Source: Flavobacteriales bacterium UBA4110
GTDB lineage: Bacteria; Bacteroidota; Bacteroidia; Flavobacteriales; Weeksellaceae
DNA length: 64,000 nucleotides
Reading direction: 5' to 3'
Assembly (NCBI GenBank): GCA_002383165.1
Contig: DFXK01000007.1
Span: 34,403-98,402 of the forward strand
The stretch's first letter is position 1. Each line of letters begins with the position of its first letter. Below, piece by piece: positions 29,240 to 40,226 of this stretch. The translations under genes were made by a program, and so were the position numbers. Below the pieces are notes generated by a model. It was not told the DNA's origin. It was given only the letters and a program-made list of their open reading frames with translations, and searched no databases.

Positions 29240-31804
29240 ATGAAGAAAAATCATCATATAATAGCGCTCCTGTCGTGCTCCTCTTTGTTTGCTCAAACAA
29301 AGATCAGCGATTCCGTTAAAGTTGATACTCTAGCAATGCAACCTTTGGAAGAAGTGGTCGTGTCAGCATCTCGTATCAAGGAAAGTATTTTAAAATCTCC
29401 TGTTACATAGAAAATATTAGCAACAAACAGTTAAGAAATACGGCAGCACCATCATTCTTTGACGGACTTGAAAATATAAAAGGTGTACAAATGCTTACAC
29501 CAAGTTTAGGCTTTAAAATTATCAATACACGTGGTTTTGCCAATACTACTAATGTGAGATTTACGCAAATGGTTGATGGTTTTGATAATCAGGCACCTCA
29601 TATTGGAGCGCGAATAGTTAATGCATTGGGACCTACAGATCTTGATATCGAACGTGTAGAAATTATACCTGGTACAACATCTGCTCTTTATGGTCTTAAT
29701 GCAATTAATGGTATGGCAAACTTTATTACCAAGGATCCATTTACTTCAACAGGCATTATCATACAACAAAAAACAGGAATGAATCATTTGGGAGATACAA
29801 ATTCAGATGTTCGATTATTTAATGAAAGCGTATTTCGTGTAGCTGAAAAAATAGGAAGCCGCTTCGCCTTTAAAATTAATTTTTCTTATACCAGTGGAAA
29901 TGATTGGATTGCGGATGACCGTACCGATTTAAATCCCAATGCCAACCTAGGAGCGGGAATTGGAGGAGGTATCAATAATCCTGCCTATGATGCAGTTAAC
30001 GGATATGGGAACGAATCATCAAACAGACGAACTCTCACCCTTGGTGGAACGCGCTATGTGATAGCCCGTACGGGTTATAATGAAAAAGATGTGTCAGATT
30101 ACGATATAGAAAACGTCAAAGGTGATATTGGACTTTATTATAAGTTTAGCCCTAAAACAACCATTTCTTATACTTATCGATTTGCGGATTTGGATAATGT
30201 CTACCAACGTGCAAACAGATTTACATTGAAAGATTACGTTTTGCAGCAGCACGCTTTTGAGATTAAAAACGAAATTTTTCAAATACGTGCATTTGCTACA
30301 AGTGAAAATACTGGAAAATCTTACAATCTACGTTCCGCAGCCGAAAACTTAGACAGACGCTTTAAATCTGATAATAATTGGTACAGTGATTTTACAAGCG
30401 CTTTTAATAATGTCATTGCTCAACAGGGAATGAATGTACAGCAAGCTCTTGCAGCTACACGGAGTTCGGCAGATCTCGGCAGACTTCAGCCGGGTACTCC
30501 TGAGTTTCAACAAGCATTGAATCACCTAGCCGCCGTAAACAACTGGGATGAAGGTGCTGCATTGCGTGTTGAGGATTGGCTTATACATGGGGAAGGACAG
30601 GTAAATATTTCAAAAACTATAAGTCCTGATTTTGAAGGTAACACAGGTTTACAACTTCTTGCAGGTGTAGATTATCAATCGTACATTATCAAACCTGATG
30701 GTAATTATTTTATAAATCCAACTGCAGCCGACACATATTCTACATTAACCTATAGTAAGACAGTTGGTTTTGTGCAAGCTGGTAAAAACCTGTTTGATGG
30801 GCTTCTGAAACTGTCTGCCACTGCGGGTTGACAAAAATGATTATTTTAATATGAAGTATAACCCTAGATTTGCGGCAGTTTTGACTCCTTCTAATAGACA
30901 AAGTATTCGTTTTTCCTTTCAGAGTTGTTCTCGTTTTCCATGCATATTCGAAGCCTTTAGTAATGTCAACAGTGGAGGCGTAAGACGTGTAGGAGGTCTC
31001 CGGGTGATGTCTGACGGTGTATTCGAGAATGGTTATCTACGAAGCTCAATAGACCGCTTTCAGGCTGCTGTGACTGCTGATTTTAACAGTGGATCTACAT
31101 TGGATGAAGCTATCCAGAATAACCGGGGACTACTTCAAAAAAATACCTATACTTATTTAAAACCCGAAAAAATAAATTCTTTTGAAGTGGGTTATAAAGG
31201 ATTATTTTTTAATCGTACCTTAAAAGTTGATGCCGATTTTTATTTTAACCGTTACAACAATTTTATAGCGCAAATTGAAATGAATGTCCCACATACAACG
31301 GTAGCAGAATTAATACCGTATTATCTGAACGACCGCACGCTTCAAGATCGTTATCGTATTTACACAAATTCTCAAAGTGTTGTATATAATTATGGCTCCA
31401 GCTTGGGAATTAGCTATATGCTCAATTCAAAATATTCAATAAATGGTAATGTATCTTATGCAAAGCTAAGTCGTACAGATAATGGAGATGGTTTTGAAGA
31501 TGGTTTTAATACACCCGAATGGATTGGTAATATATTTTTTTTAGGAGAAAATGTTTGGAAAACTCTTGGCTTTAATGTTACTTATAAGCGACAGAGCAGC
31601 TTCTATTGGAGGTCATTTTTGGTCAATGGTGGTGTAAAACCTTATGGAGCATTGGATGCCCACATTAGTTATTCATTTGAAAAGTCTAGGCTGGACATAA
31701 AAGTGGGGGCTACAAATCTTACTAATAAATACTATAATTCATTTCTTGGTGGTCCGGCAGTTGGCGGATTATATTATACAACACTTACATACTATCTTCA
31801 ATAA
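29240..31804 (+). pseudogene. TonB-dependent receptor, at least two frame disruptions
   Basis: Signal and plug start MKKNHHIIALLSCSSLFAQ...SASRIKESILKSPVT* (TAG at 29408). It continues in another frame (ENISNKQLRN...NTRGF...) to 30831, then shifts again to 30851-31804, ending in the barrel terminus ...TTLTYYLQ. Confidence 0.8.
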
Positions 31805-32104
31805 AGATATGAATTAGTGTGATAATGCGGATTACTAATTTGCTGCGTTGTTAAGATGAATATATATATATTATAGGAAAAAGGCCTGCAAAAGCAGCGA
31901 TCTTAATCAACAAAACTTTACGAGTAAAGGTTTGGAACGAGTAGTAATTATCGGGACCGTTCCGGTAATTACCAACCTAGTTTATACTGTCATTGGCTTA
32001 CAAATGCGAGATCTTCCTTTTACATCTAATGGTACTGAATAGATAATCATTTAAATAAATCGGTATTTATTATGATTTTAAATTACCTTTAATAATACCT
32101 CATC

Positions 32105-32136
32105 AACCGTTATGTTCTCATAACGGTTCGTTTTTT
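32105..32136 (+). terminator. Strong intrinsic-terminator-like hairpin 30 nt upstream of the XDH-family operon
   Basis: 10-bp stem AACCGTTATG (32105-32114) / CATAACGGTT (32119-32128), TTCT loop, then CGTTTTTTG. Confidence 0.6.
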
Positions 32137-32166
32137 GTACTGTTTTTATTTATCAAATCATTAACT

Positions 32167-32652
32167 ATGGCAACAAATGAAAAACAGCCTGTTAAGCTTC
32201 ATATAAACGGTAAAGATCATCATTTGGAAATTCTACCTTGGGTTTCCTTGCTCGATGCCTTGAGAGAAAACATACAGCTTACAGGAACAAAAAAGGGTTG
32301 TGATCACGGACAATGCGGTGCATGCACAATTTTGGTTGATGGAAAACGCACCCTGAGCTGTCTCACTCTGGCCATTATGAAAGAAGGATCGGAAATAACA
32401 ACCATTGAAGGTATTGCTGTAGACGGTAAACTACATCCTATCCAACAAGCTTTTATAGATCATGATGCTTTTCAGTGTGGATATTGCACTCCGGGACAGA
32501 TTTGCAGTGCTATCGGTTTGCTGAACGAGAATAAAGCCCATACTCGGGAAGAAGTGCAGGATCTTATGAGTGGAAATCTCTGCCGATGTGGTGCCAACAG
32601 AGGAATTATTAATGCGGTAATGGAAGTAAAACAAAGTATATCCTATGAATAA
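32167..32652 (+). CDS. XDH/aldehyde oxidoreductase family (2Fe-2S) subunit (PaoA-like)
   Basis: GCDHGQCGACTILVDG and QCGYCTPGQICS...GNLCRCG motifs. No Tat or signal peptide. Confidence 0.9.
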   Translation: MATNEKQPVKLHINGKDHHLEILPWVSLLDALRENIQLTGTKKGCDHGQCGACTILVDGKRTLSCLTLAIMKEGSEITTIEGIAVDGKLHPIQQAFIDHDAFQCGYCTPGQICSAIGLLNENKAHTREEVQDLMSGNLCRCGANRGIINAVMEVKQSISYE

Positions 32653-33664
32653 TTTTGCCTATACAAAAGCTGTTGATATCAATAATGCCATTTCAAAAAT
32701 AAATGAAAATGACAACAATAAGATCATTGCTGGAGGAACAAATATTATTGATCTGCTGAAATATTTTATTACGGAGGCTGATACATTAATTGATATCAAT
32801 TCTATTTCGGAGATGAAAAAAATTTCTGAGCTTCCGGATGGAAGAATACGACTCGGCACACTGATGACCAATGCTGATACTGCTTATCATCCTGTTATCG
32901 AAGAAAAGTATACGTTACTATCTAAGGCTATTTTGGCAGGAGCTTCTGCTCAGATCAGAAATATGGCAACCAATGGTGGCAATCTGCTTCAACGCACAAG
33001 ATGTTATTATTTTTACGACATTCATACGCCGTGTAATAAAAGAGAACCGGGGTCTGGCTGTTCAGCAATCAAAGGTTACAACCGTATTCACGCAATCCTG
33101 GGACATAGTGATCATTGTATTGCTGTATTTCCTTCCGATATGTGCGTTGCGCTTGCAGCTTTGGATGCTGTTGTTAATGTTACGGGAAAGAATGGATTCA
33201 GAAGTGTTCCATTTGCAGACTTTCACAGGCTTCCGGGTGATTCTCCCCATCTTGATAATCATCTCGAAAAAGGTGAGATTATTACAAGTATTGATTTGCC
33301 GCATAAAGGCTTTTCTAAAAATTATTCCTATTTGAAATTAAGAGACAGAAGCTCTTATTCTTTTGCCTTAGTTTCTGTCGCAACTGCTCTGGAAATTGAG
33401 AATAATCTCATCAAAGAAGCAAGAATTGCTTTAGGAGGTGTTGCCCATAAGCCTTGGCGTGTGAAAAAAGCAGAAGATTTACTTGTGAATAAGGAGCCAA
33501 ATGCCGAAAACTTTGCAACCGCAGCAGAAGTCATCTTAGCTGGGGCACACGGATTTGAACACAACACTTTTAAAATTGATTTAGCAAAAAAAGCAATCGT
33601 AAGAAACTGTATGATGGCTCTTGATCCTAGATCACAACGACCGGGAGCAAAACCTTCTTTATAA
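32645..33664 (+). CDS. XDH family FAD-binding subunit (PaoB-like)
   Basis: 339 aa, FAD_binding_5/CO-dehydrogenase flavoprotein pattern (IIAGGTNIIDLLK, ...NMATNGGNLLQRTRC with an Fe-S-like Cys cluster). Confidence 0.88.
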   Translation: MNNFAYTKAVDINNAISKINENDNNKIIAGGTNIIDLLKYFITEADTLIDINSISEMKKISELPDGRIRLGTLMTNADTAYHPVIEEKYTLLSKAILAGASAQIRNMATNGGNLLQRTRCYYFYDIHTPCNKREPGSGCSAIKGYNRIHAILGHSDHCIAVFPSDMCVALAALDAVVNVTGKNGFRSVPFADFHRLPGDSPHLDNHLEKGEIITSIDLPHKGFSKNYSYLKLRDRSSYSFALVSVATALEIENNLIKEARIALGGVAHKPWRVKKAEDLLVNKEPNAENFATAAEVILAGAHGFEHNTFKIDLAKKAIVRNCMMALDPRSQRPGAKPSL

Positions 33665-33687
33665 ATTTAAATCAAATCAGAATCTCA

Positions 33688-35925
33688 ATGCAAAATAAAC
33701 CATCTATAGGAAAACCGATCAGCCGTCTGGAAGGACATCTTAAAGTAACAGGAAGTGCAAAATACGCCGGAGAATATGATGCACCCGATTTATTATACGG
33801 TTATGTGGTGAACAGCACTATAGCTAAAGGAAAAATAAGATCAATTGATACTGCTGAGATTAAAAAGCTTAGTGGTGTTATTGAAGTTTTTACACATGAG
33901 AATAAACCCTCGACTGCTTGGTTTGATTTCCAGTATGCGGATATGGATGCGCCTCCGGGGAAAGTTTTTAAGCCTTTAAACGATAATGAGATCAAGTATA
34001 ACGGACAGCCCATTGCTTTGGTGGTTGCAGAGACATTTGAAATGGCACGGTATGCCGCAACTAAAATTAAAGTCATCTATGAAAAAGAGGATTTTGAAAC
34101 CGATTTACAGGCAAATATTGGCAAAGCCAGAGATCCGAAAAAAGGTTTAGCCTCCATGCTAAAACCTCCTCCGCCAAAACCTACGGGTGATTTTGAAAAG
34201 GAATACGAAAATTCGTTTGTAAAAACAGATGGCAAATTTACACATGGAACGGAGCACCACAATCCCATGGAAATGTATGCCACGACGGTTATTTATGAAG
34301 GAAAAGATAAACTAAAAATATATGATAAAACGCAGGGAACCATCAATTCCCAAATGTATGTGGCTAATGTTTTCGGATTGAAAATGAAGAATGTTCAGGT
34401 CATTTCCCCATTCGTTGGTGGGGCATTTGGGTCGGGACTTCGTCCGCAACATCAATTGTTTATGGCTGTCATGGCCTCTTTAGCTTTAAAAAGAAATGTA
34501 AGAGTAACTTTGGACAGGGCACAGATGTATATGATCGGACATCGGCCTCCTACTTTACAGCACACAAAATTCGGAGCAGATGCAAACGGAAAAGTGAATG
34601 CTATTTACCACAAAGCTACAGGAGAAACTTCCCGTTTTGAAGATTACGTAGAAATTGTTGTGAATTGGGCCAATATGCTCTATCCTGCAGAAAACACTTT
34701 ACTTGAACATGAAATTGTTCCACTCGATGTTTACAGCCCCATTGATATGAGAGCTCCCGGCGGAAGTACAGGGATGCATGCCATAGAAGTGACGATGGAC
34801 GAAATAGCGTACCAGCTCAATATTGATCCTTTGCAACTTAGGCTTATCAATTATTCTGAAATCGATAAAAGCAGCGACAAAGAATATTCAAGCAAGGAAC
34901 TCAAAGAATGTTATCTTAAAGGAGCGAAAAAGTTTGGTTGGGATCAACGTAATCACGAGCCTCGAAGCATGAAAAGAGGAAATAAATTAATCGGATACGG
35001 TATGGCAACAGGAATTTGGGATGCCAATAGAATTTTAGGAAGAGCAGAAGCTATTATGTATTCTGATGGGAAAGTTGAAATAAAAAGTGCAGTAACTGAT
35101 ATTGGAACAGGAACTTTGACGATTATGAGCCAGATTGCAGCAGATGAGCTGGGACTTCCTATCGATTATATTAAATTTTCTTATGCTGATAGTAAAATGC
35201 CCTTTGCTCCAATTCAGGGAGGATCTTTTACGACAGCTACTATCGGATCGGCCGTTCAGAATGCCTGTAAGTCTTTGAATAAGAAGCTTTTCAAAAAAGC
35301 GCAGGGTTTAAAAGATTCTGTATTAAAAGATGCAAAACTTAAAGATGTTGTTTTTAAAGATGGATTTATCATCCTTAAAAATAATCCTCAAATCAAAATT
35401 AATGTTCAGGATATTTTAGCCGCTAATGGAGGAAAATTAATAAAAACAACTAATTCTGCAATGCCCAATCCTTTAACATACGGCAAAAAAGCAAGAGCTG
35501 TTCACAGTGCAGTTTTTGTGGAAGTTGAGGTAGATGAGCAGCTGGGTGTCATCGAAGTGACTCGGGCTTTAACAGCCGTTGCTGCAGGGAAAATCATCAA
35601 TCCTAAAACTGCAGAAAGTCAGGTCTTAGGCGGAATGATTTGGGGAATCAGCAAAGCACTTCATGAAGAAACAATTTTAGATCATCGGCTAGGAAAGTAT
35701 ATGAATGCTAATCTGGCGGAATATCATATCCCGGTACATGCGGACATTAATGATCTGCAGGTTTTATTTATAGAAGAAAAAGATGAATTTGTAAATGACT
35801 TAGGTGTAAAAGGAGTAGGAGAAATAGGTGGTATAGGAATGCCTCCTGCAATTACAAATGCTATTTTCCATGCAACTGGAAAAAGAATTTATGAACTTCC
35901 TATACATTTTGATAGATTAATTTAG
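33688..35925 (+). CDS. XDH family molybdopterin-binding subunit (PaoC-like)
   Basis: 745 aa. RLEGHLKVTGSAKYAGEY start, GGAFGS and the C-terminal GVKGVGEIG motif. Confidence 0.9.
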   Translation: MQNKPSIGKPISRLEGHLKVTGSAKYAGEYDAPDLLYGYVVNSTIAKGKIRSIDTAEIKKLSGVIEVFTHENKPSTAWFDFQYADMDAPPGKVFKPLNDNEIKYNGQPIALVVAETFEMARYAATKIKVIYEKEDFETDLQANIGKARDPKKGLASMLKPPPPKPTGDFEKEYENSFVKTDGKFTHGTEHHNPMEMYATTVIYEGKDKLKIYDKTQGTINSQMYVANVFGLKMKNVQVISPFVGGAFGSGLRPQHQLFMAVMASLALKRNVRVTLDRAQMYMIGHRPPTLQHTKFGADANGKVNAIYHKATGETSRFEDYVEIVVNWANMLYPAENTLLEHEIVPLDVYSPIDMRAPGGSTGMHAIEVTMDEIAYQLNIDPLQLRLINYSEIDKSSDKEYSSKELKECYLKGAKKFGWDQRNHEPRSMKRGNKLIGYGMATGIWDANRILGRAEAIMYSDGKVEIKSAVTDIGTGTLTIMSQIAADELGLPIDYIKFSYADSKMPFAPIQGGSFTTATIGSAVQNACKSLNKKLFKKAQGLKDSVLKDAKLKDVVFKDGFIILKNNPQIKINVQDILAANGGKLIKTTNSAMPNPLTYGKKARAVHSAVFVEVEVDEQLGVIEVTRALTAVAAGKIINPKTAESQVLGGMIWGISKALHEETILDHRLGKYMNANLAEYHIPVHADINDLQVLFIEEKDEFVNDLGVKGVGEIGGIGMPPAITNAIFHATGKRIYELPIHFDRLI

Positions 35926-36266
35926 TTTTTACTATTTATTCCAAATCCGGAATTATATTGCATTTTTAAAATAAATTAAAATATAAGATAATCTCATTTC
36001 AATGTGTACCATTGCTGAGCGCTTTAATTATGGATCCTATTTATGCAGAAAGCGGAAATGTGCCTAATGTAAAGGTAAGCCGTAAAGTAATGCAGATGGT
36101 TACGAAGAGATTTTAATATACTTGTACAGTATACAGAGGCTATAAGTTCCAAAGTAGTTTTTGTTTCTATTGTAAGGTATTATAAAGATATCCCGAAGAA
36201 AGATCAAAATGGTCATCAAGATAACGCACTGATGGAAGATCCAAGTTTCTTTATGGTTTACTCGTA

Positions 36267-39010
36267 TTATATCAATGCTTTAATTGATGTATATCTGGGT
36301 AGCCCAATCTCGTGTTCCTGCGGATAAGGCTCACGTGATGTTTTACTTACATCTTCGCGCAGACTAAGCTCAATCTCTTTAGATTTTTCTTCATCCATCG
36401 AATATCTCGGATCAGCAATCAACGGCATTTTTGCCATCTTGATAATGGTAATGGTTGGGAAATGATAATCCACTTCAACAGTTCCCAATAAATAGTAAAT
36501 GCCAACTTCTTTAAACGGAAACTGTCTAAGACTGTCAGGGAAATGAGCGGTATCAAAATATTGTCCCTCAGCATCAATCCATGTTCCGAAATACATATCA
36601 TCTTTCTTACCCGGATGATTCTTCATTTTAATAGGGACATGCTTTCTGGAAGTCAGATAAGCTAACATTTTAGTGATTTGTAATTGCCATTTTCTTTCCT
36701 TTCTTCAGGAATAAAAAGTTTAACAGCAGCTTCCAGTTTCTCAATATGCATTAAACCTAAGTAAACATTTGTACCATATACGGTTGTTTGAAATTCGCTG
36801 AGATTGACACCTGGGTTATGAATGGTTGCTCCGGCCATTTTAGCCTCATGGACATAGACTTCCGTTCTATAGAAACCACCACCATTATTAATAGCTGAAA
36901 CCATAAACTCAATAGGGTAGTAGGCTTTTAAATACAGACTCTGATAACTTTCTACAGCATAGGAGGCTGAATGTGCTTTACAAAATGAATAACCTGCAAA
37001 AGATTCGATCTGTCTGTAAACTTCCTGAGAAAGCTGATCAGGATGCCCTTTTTTCTTACAGGAATCAAAAAAATCATCTTTTAATTTTTGCAAAGCAGAA
37101 AGAGAACGCCCCTTTCCACTCATGGCTCTTCTCAATACATCACCATTGGCTGCCGAAACACCGCCAAAGTGCATCGCAATTTTAATCACGTCTTCCTGAT
37201 AAACCATTATGCCATAGGTTTCACCCAGCTCTTTTTCAAATACCTCATGGAAATATTCAAATTGACCGGGATGATTATGCCGGAAGATATATTCCCGCAT
37301 CATTCCACTCTGGGCTACGCCTGGACGAATAATCGATGAAGCAGCTACCAAAACTTTATAATTGTCACATTTTAGCCTTCTCAAGAGCCCACGCATAGCC
37401 GGTGATTCAATATAAAAACAGCCTATGGTTTTTCCAATGCTTAGGTATTCATTGCATTTTAATTCATTCTTTGAAAGTCTAGTATCTTCAATATCTACGT
37501 TGATCCCTCGTTTCTCTTTGATCAGAGTAACCGCATCCTTAATTGTTTCCAAACAACGCTGTGATAAAATGTCAAACTTTTCCAGACCGATATCTTCCGC
37601 AGTATGCATATCAAACTGGACGATAGGAAATTCTTTCGGCGGAAATTCCAAAGCAGAGTAATTGGTTATGGGTTCTTCGGAAATCAGAATTCCGCAGGAT
37701 TGCATACTTCTTTGATTAGGAAAGCCTATCATTAACTGCTCATATTTGTAAATCTGCTGAACTACTGAATTCTGGTCATGGAGTTCTTGCGGTTTTTTAA
37801 AAAGCTGATCAAGTTCATCCTTAGGAAGCCCAAATACTTTTCCAAGTTCTCTGAATCTTGATTTTCTCTTGAATTCTACATTGGTTCCACAAAAGGCTAC
37901 GTGATCCTTGCCATACTTATTGAAGATATATTCAAGGATTGTATCACGATCCTTCCAGCTCCAGTCAATGTCGAAGTCTGGAGATGATTTCCGATTCAGA
38001 TTTAAAAAACGTTCAAAATAAAGATCCAGTTCTAATGGACATATATCAGAAATGCTTAAGCAATAGGCAATAATGCTGTTGGCACCGCTTCCTCTGCCTA
38101 CGTGCATAAAGCCCTTTATTTTGCTGTACTGAATGATATCCCAGGTAATTAAAAAGTATCCTGAAAAATTTAATTGATCAATTACCGTCAATTCTTTTTC
38201 AACTCTTTCAACAGCTTTTTGGTTATTGGCAGGATATCTTCGTGCTAAACCTTCATGCGCCAGCTGAGATAAAAATTTAAAATCATTTTCCTTACTGTCA
38301 GTATAATACTTTTTGTTCTTAGGGGTTTTAAAATCAAAGTCAAAACTGCATTCATTGACAATGTCTTTAGTATTTTCAATAATTTCAGGATATAGTTCGA
38401 ATCGAGCTAAAAGATTTTTTTTGTCCGTAAAAGATTCATTTGTTCTGCAGTAATCTTTTTCTGTCAGTTTTGTAAAAAGCGTATTGCCATCTATGGCCCT
38501 TAATACTTTATGAAGTTCATATTCCTCATCGGTTTTAAAAGTTACCGGATGTCAAATGACCATTTTATGAATTATAGATTTTAATTCCGGATTAATCAGT
38601 AAGTTTAATTCATTTTCTCTGATTCCAATAAACTCATGCTCAAGTAGTTTTTCAGGGATATTCTGTAAAGAATAAATTACAAAACAATTTTCTATTGGAG
38701 GATTTACTTTGGGTATTTCAATACCTTCACAATTATAATTAGTTAACAGCCTATTGACTTCTGCAATACCTTTTGGATTTTTAGCCAAGCAGATATAATA
38801 CTGTTTGTTTTCAACTCTTACATCAACGCCTACAATTGGCTTAATACTTCTTTCCTGACAAAGTTTGTAAAACTGATAAATACCTGTCACGGTATTGATA
38901 TCGGTCAATGCCAATACTTTTAACTTATAATCAACAGCCAGCTGAACCAGATCTTCGACAGAAATAGTCCCATAACGTAAGCTATGATAAGTATGGCAAT
39001 TGAGAAACAT
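36267..39010 (-). pseudogene. dnaE2: Error-prone DNA polymerase DnaE2 (Pol III alpha-like), disrupted
   Basis: PHP start MFLNCHTYHSLRYGT (38552-39010) ends in TGA at 38552-38554. Reading continues in the same frame through 36662 (GFMHVGRGSGANS..., polymerase core). A frame change at ~36665 leads to the OB-fold tail (36267-36668). Confidence 0.85.
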
Positions 39011-39020
39011 AAACTACTTT

Positions 39021-40164
39021 TTAATTTAAAAGACCAGAAGCTCTTCCTACGCTCTTGGATCCAAAACGATCTTTGATTTTATCCATGGATTGATATAATA
39101 ATATCAACTCTTCTGTATCTTCAAAAAGATTCATTTGATGGTTTCCGTGAACTAAGCCTGTAAATCTGACACCTACCAAACGAATTCTCATTCTTCGGGT
39201 ATATACTTTTCTAAACAACTCTGGAAACGTATTTTAGCAGAGTATGATCTGCTGAGGTATAAGGGACTTTACATTGTTTGGTCTCTGTGTCGAAGTTAGC
39301 ATACCTTATTCTTACGGACACTGTCGAGGTCAGCCATTTTTCATGTCTTAACTGATAACACAATTGTTCCACCATTCCAGAGAGAATGCTCCTGATATTC
39401 TGAAGATCAATGATATCTTCTGCAAAAATTGTTTCAGTAGAAATGGATTTCCTTTCTGAATATTGGATGACAGGATTATTGTCAATACCATTGGCTTTCT
39501 TCCAAAGTTCAGTTCCGTTTTTACCAATTAATTGTTGCAATACATCGACTGGCATTTGAGAAAGGGTTTCTATTTTTCTGACACCCAACCTTGAAAGTAA
39601 CTGAAAGGTGACATCACCTACCATGGGAATTTTTTTAACTGACAAAGGATTCAAAAAAGGCTGAATAAACTGAGGCTTTAATTCTAATTTCCCGGTAGGT
39701 TTTGCTTCTCACGTTCCGATTTTTGAAACTGTTTTATTAGTAGACAATGCAAAGCTTATGGGTAAACCTGTGTTTTTCATAACGGTACTCGCAATTTCAG
39801 AAGTCCATTGATAGCAGCCGAAAAATTTATCCATCCCAGAAAGATCAAGATAAAACTCATCGACGCTGGCTTTTTCCAACACAGGAACTTTTTCCTGAAT
39901 AATTTCTGTTACTAAATGTGACATATTGGAGTAGTATTCCATATCACCTTTGATAACTTGAGCTTCGGGACATAAACGTAAAGCCATTCGTATGGGCATG
40001 GCAGAACGAACCCCAAATTTTCTTGCTTCATATGAACAGGATGCTACTACACCACGATCTCCACCTCCTATAATTATAGGAATACTGTTCAAACTAGAAT
40101 TCTTCAGTCTCTCACAAGAAACAAAAAAGGTATCCAGATCAATATGAACAATTGATTTTTCCAT
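39021..40164 (-). pseudogene. Y-family DNA polymerase (DinB/ImuB position), disrupted
   Basis: HIDLDTFFVSCE and SVDEFYLD catalytic motifs. An in-frame TGA at 39709-39711 interrupts ...SKIGT*EAKPTG.... A +1 shift near 39215 precedes ...RMRIRLVGVRF. Confidence 0.85.
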
Positions 40165-40183
40165 GCTTAAAAATTATTATGTT

Positions 40184-40226
40184 TTGTAGCAATATTTTGT
40201 ATATTTGTTGCTATAAATTATAGCAA
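40184..40226. promoter_or_regulatory. Candidate operator of the LexA-like repressor, overlapping a Bacteroidetes -7 box
   Basis: Perfect 19-bp palindrome TTGCTATAA-A-TTATAGCAA at 40208-40226; its last base is the A of the repressor ATG. A third half-site TTGTAGCAA lies at 40184-40192. TATATTTG (TAnnTTTG) lies at 40200-40207. Confidence 0.55.

Noticed and set aside
31860-32166. Molybdenum-cofactor riboswitch upstream of the XDH-family operon.
   Set aside because: I could not recognise the conserved Moco-RNA motif features by eye. Only a generic terminator hairpin is supported, so it is reported as a low-interest finding rather than as an ncRNA feature.
32871-33335. 154-aa plus-strand ORF in an alternative frame of the FAD-subunit gene.
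   Set aside because: It overlaps a strongly supported XDH FAD-binding subunit in another frame. The sequence is Leu/Ile-rich noise.
38552-39711. In-frame TGA codons in dnaE2 and the dinB-like gene as evidence for recoding (UGA=Gly/Trp genetic code or selenocysteine).
   Set aside because: TGA clearly terminates intact genes in this window (for example 6620-6622, 2893-2895, 41000-41002 and 26946-28948-type ATGA overlaps). No SECIS-like context was noticed. The same genes also carry frameshifts, so nonsense mutation is the simpler reading.
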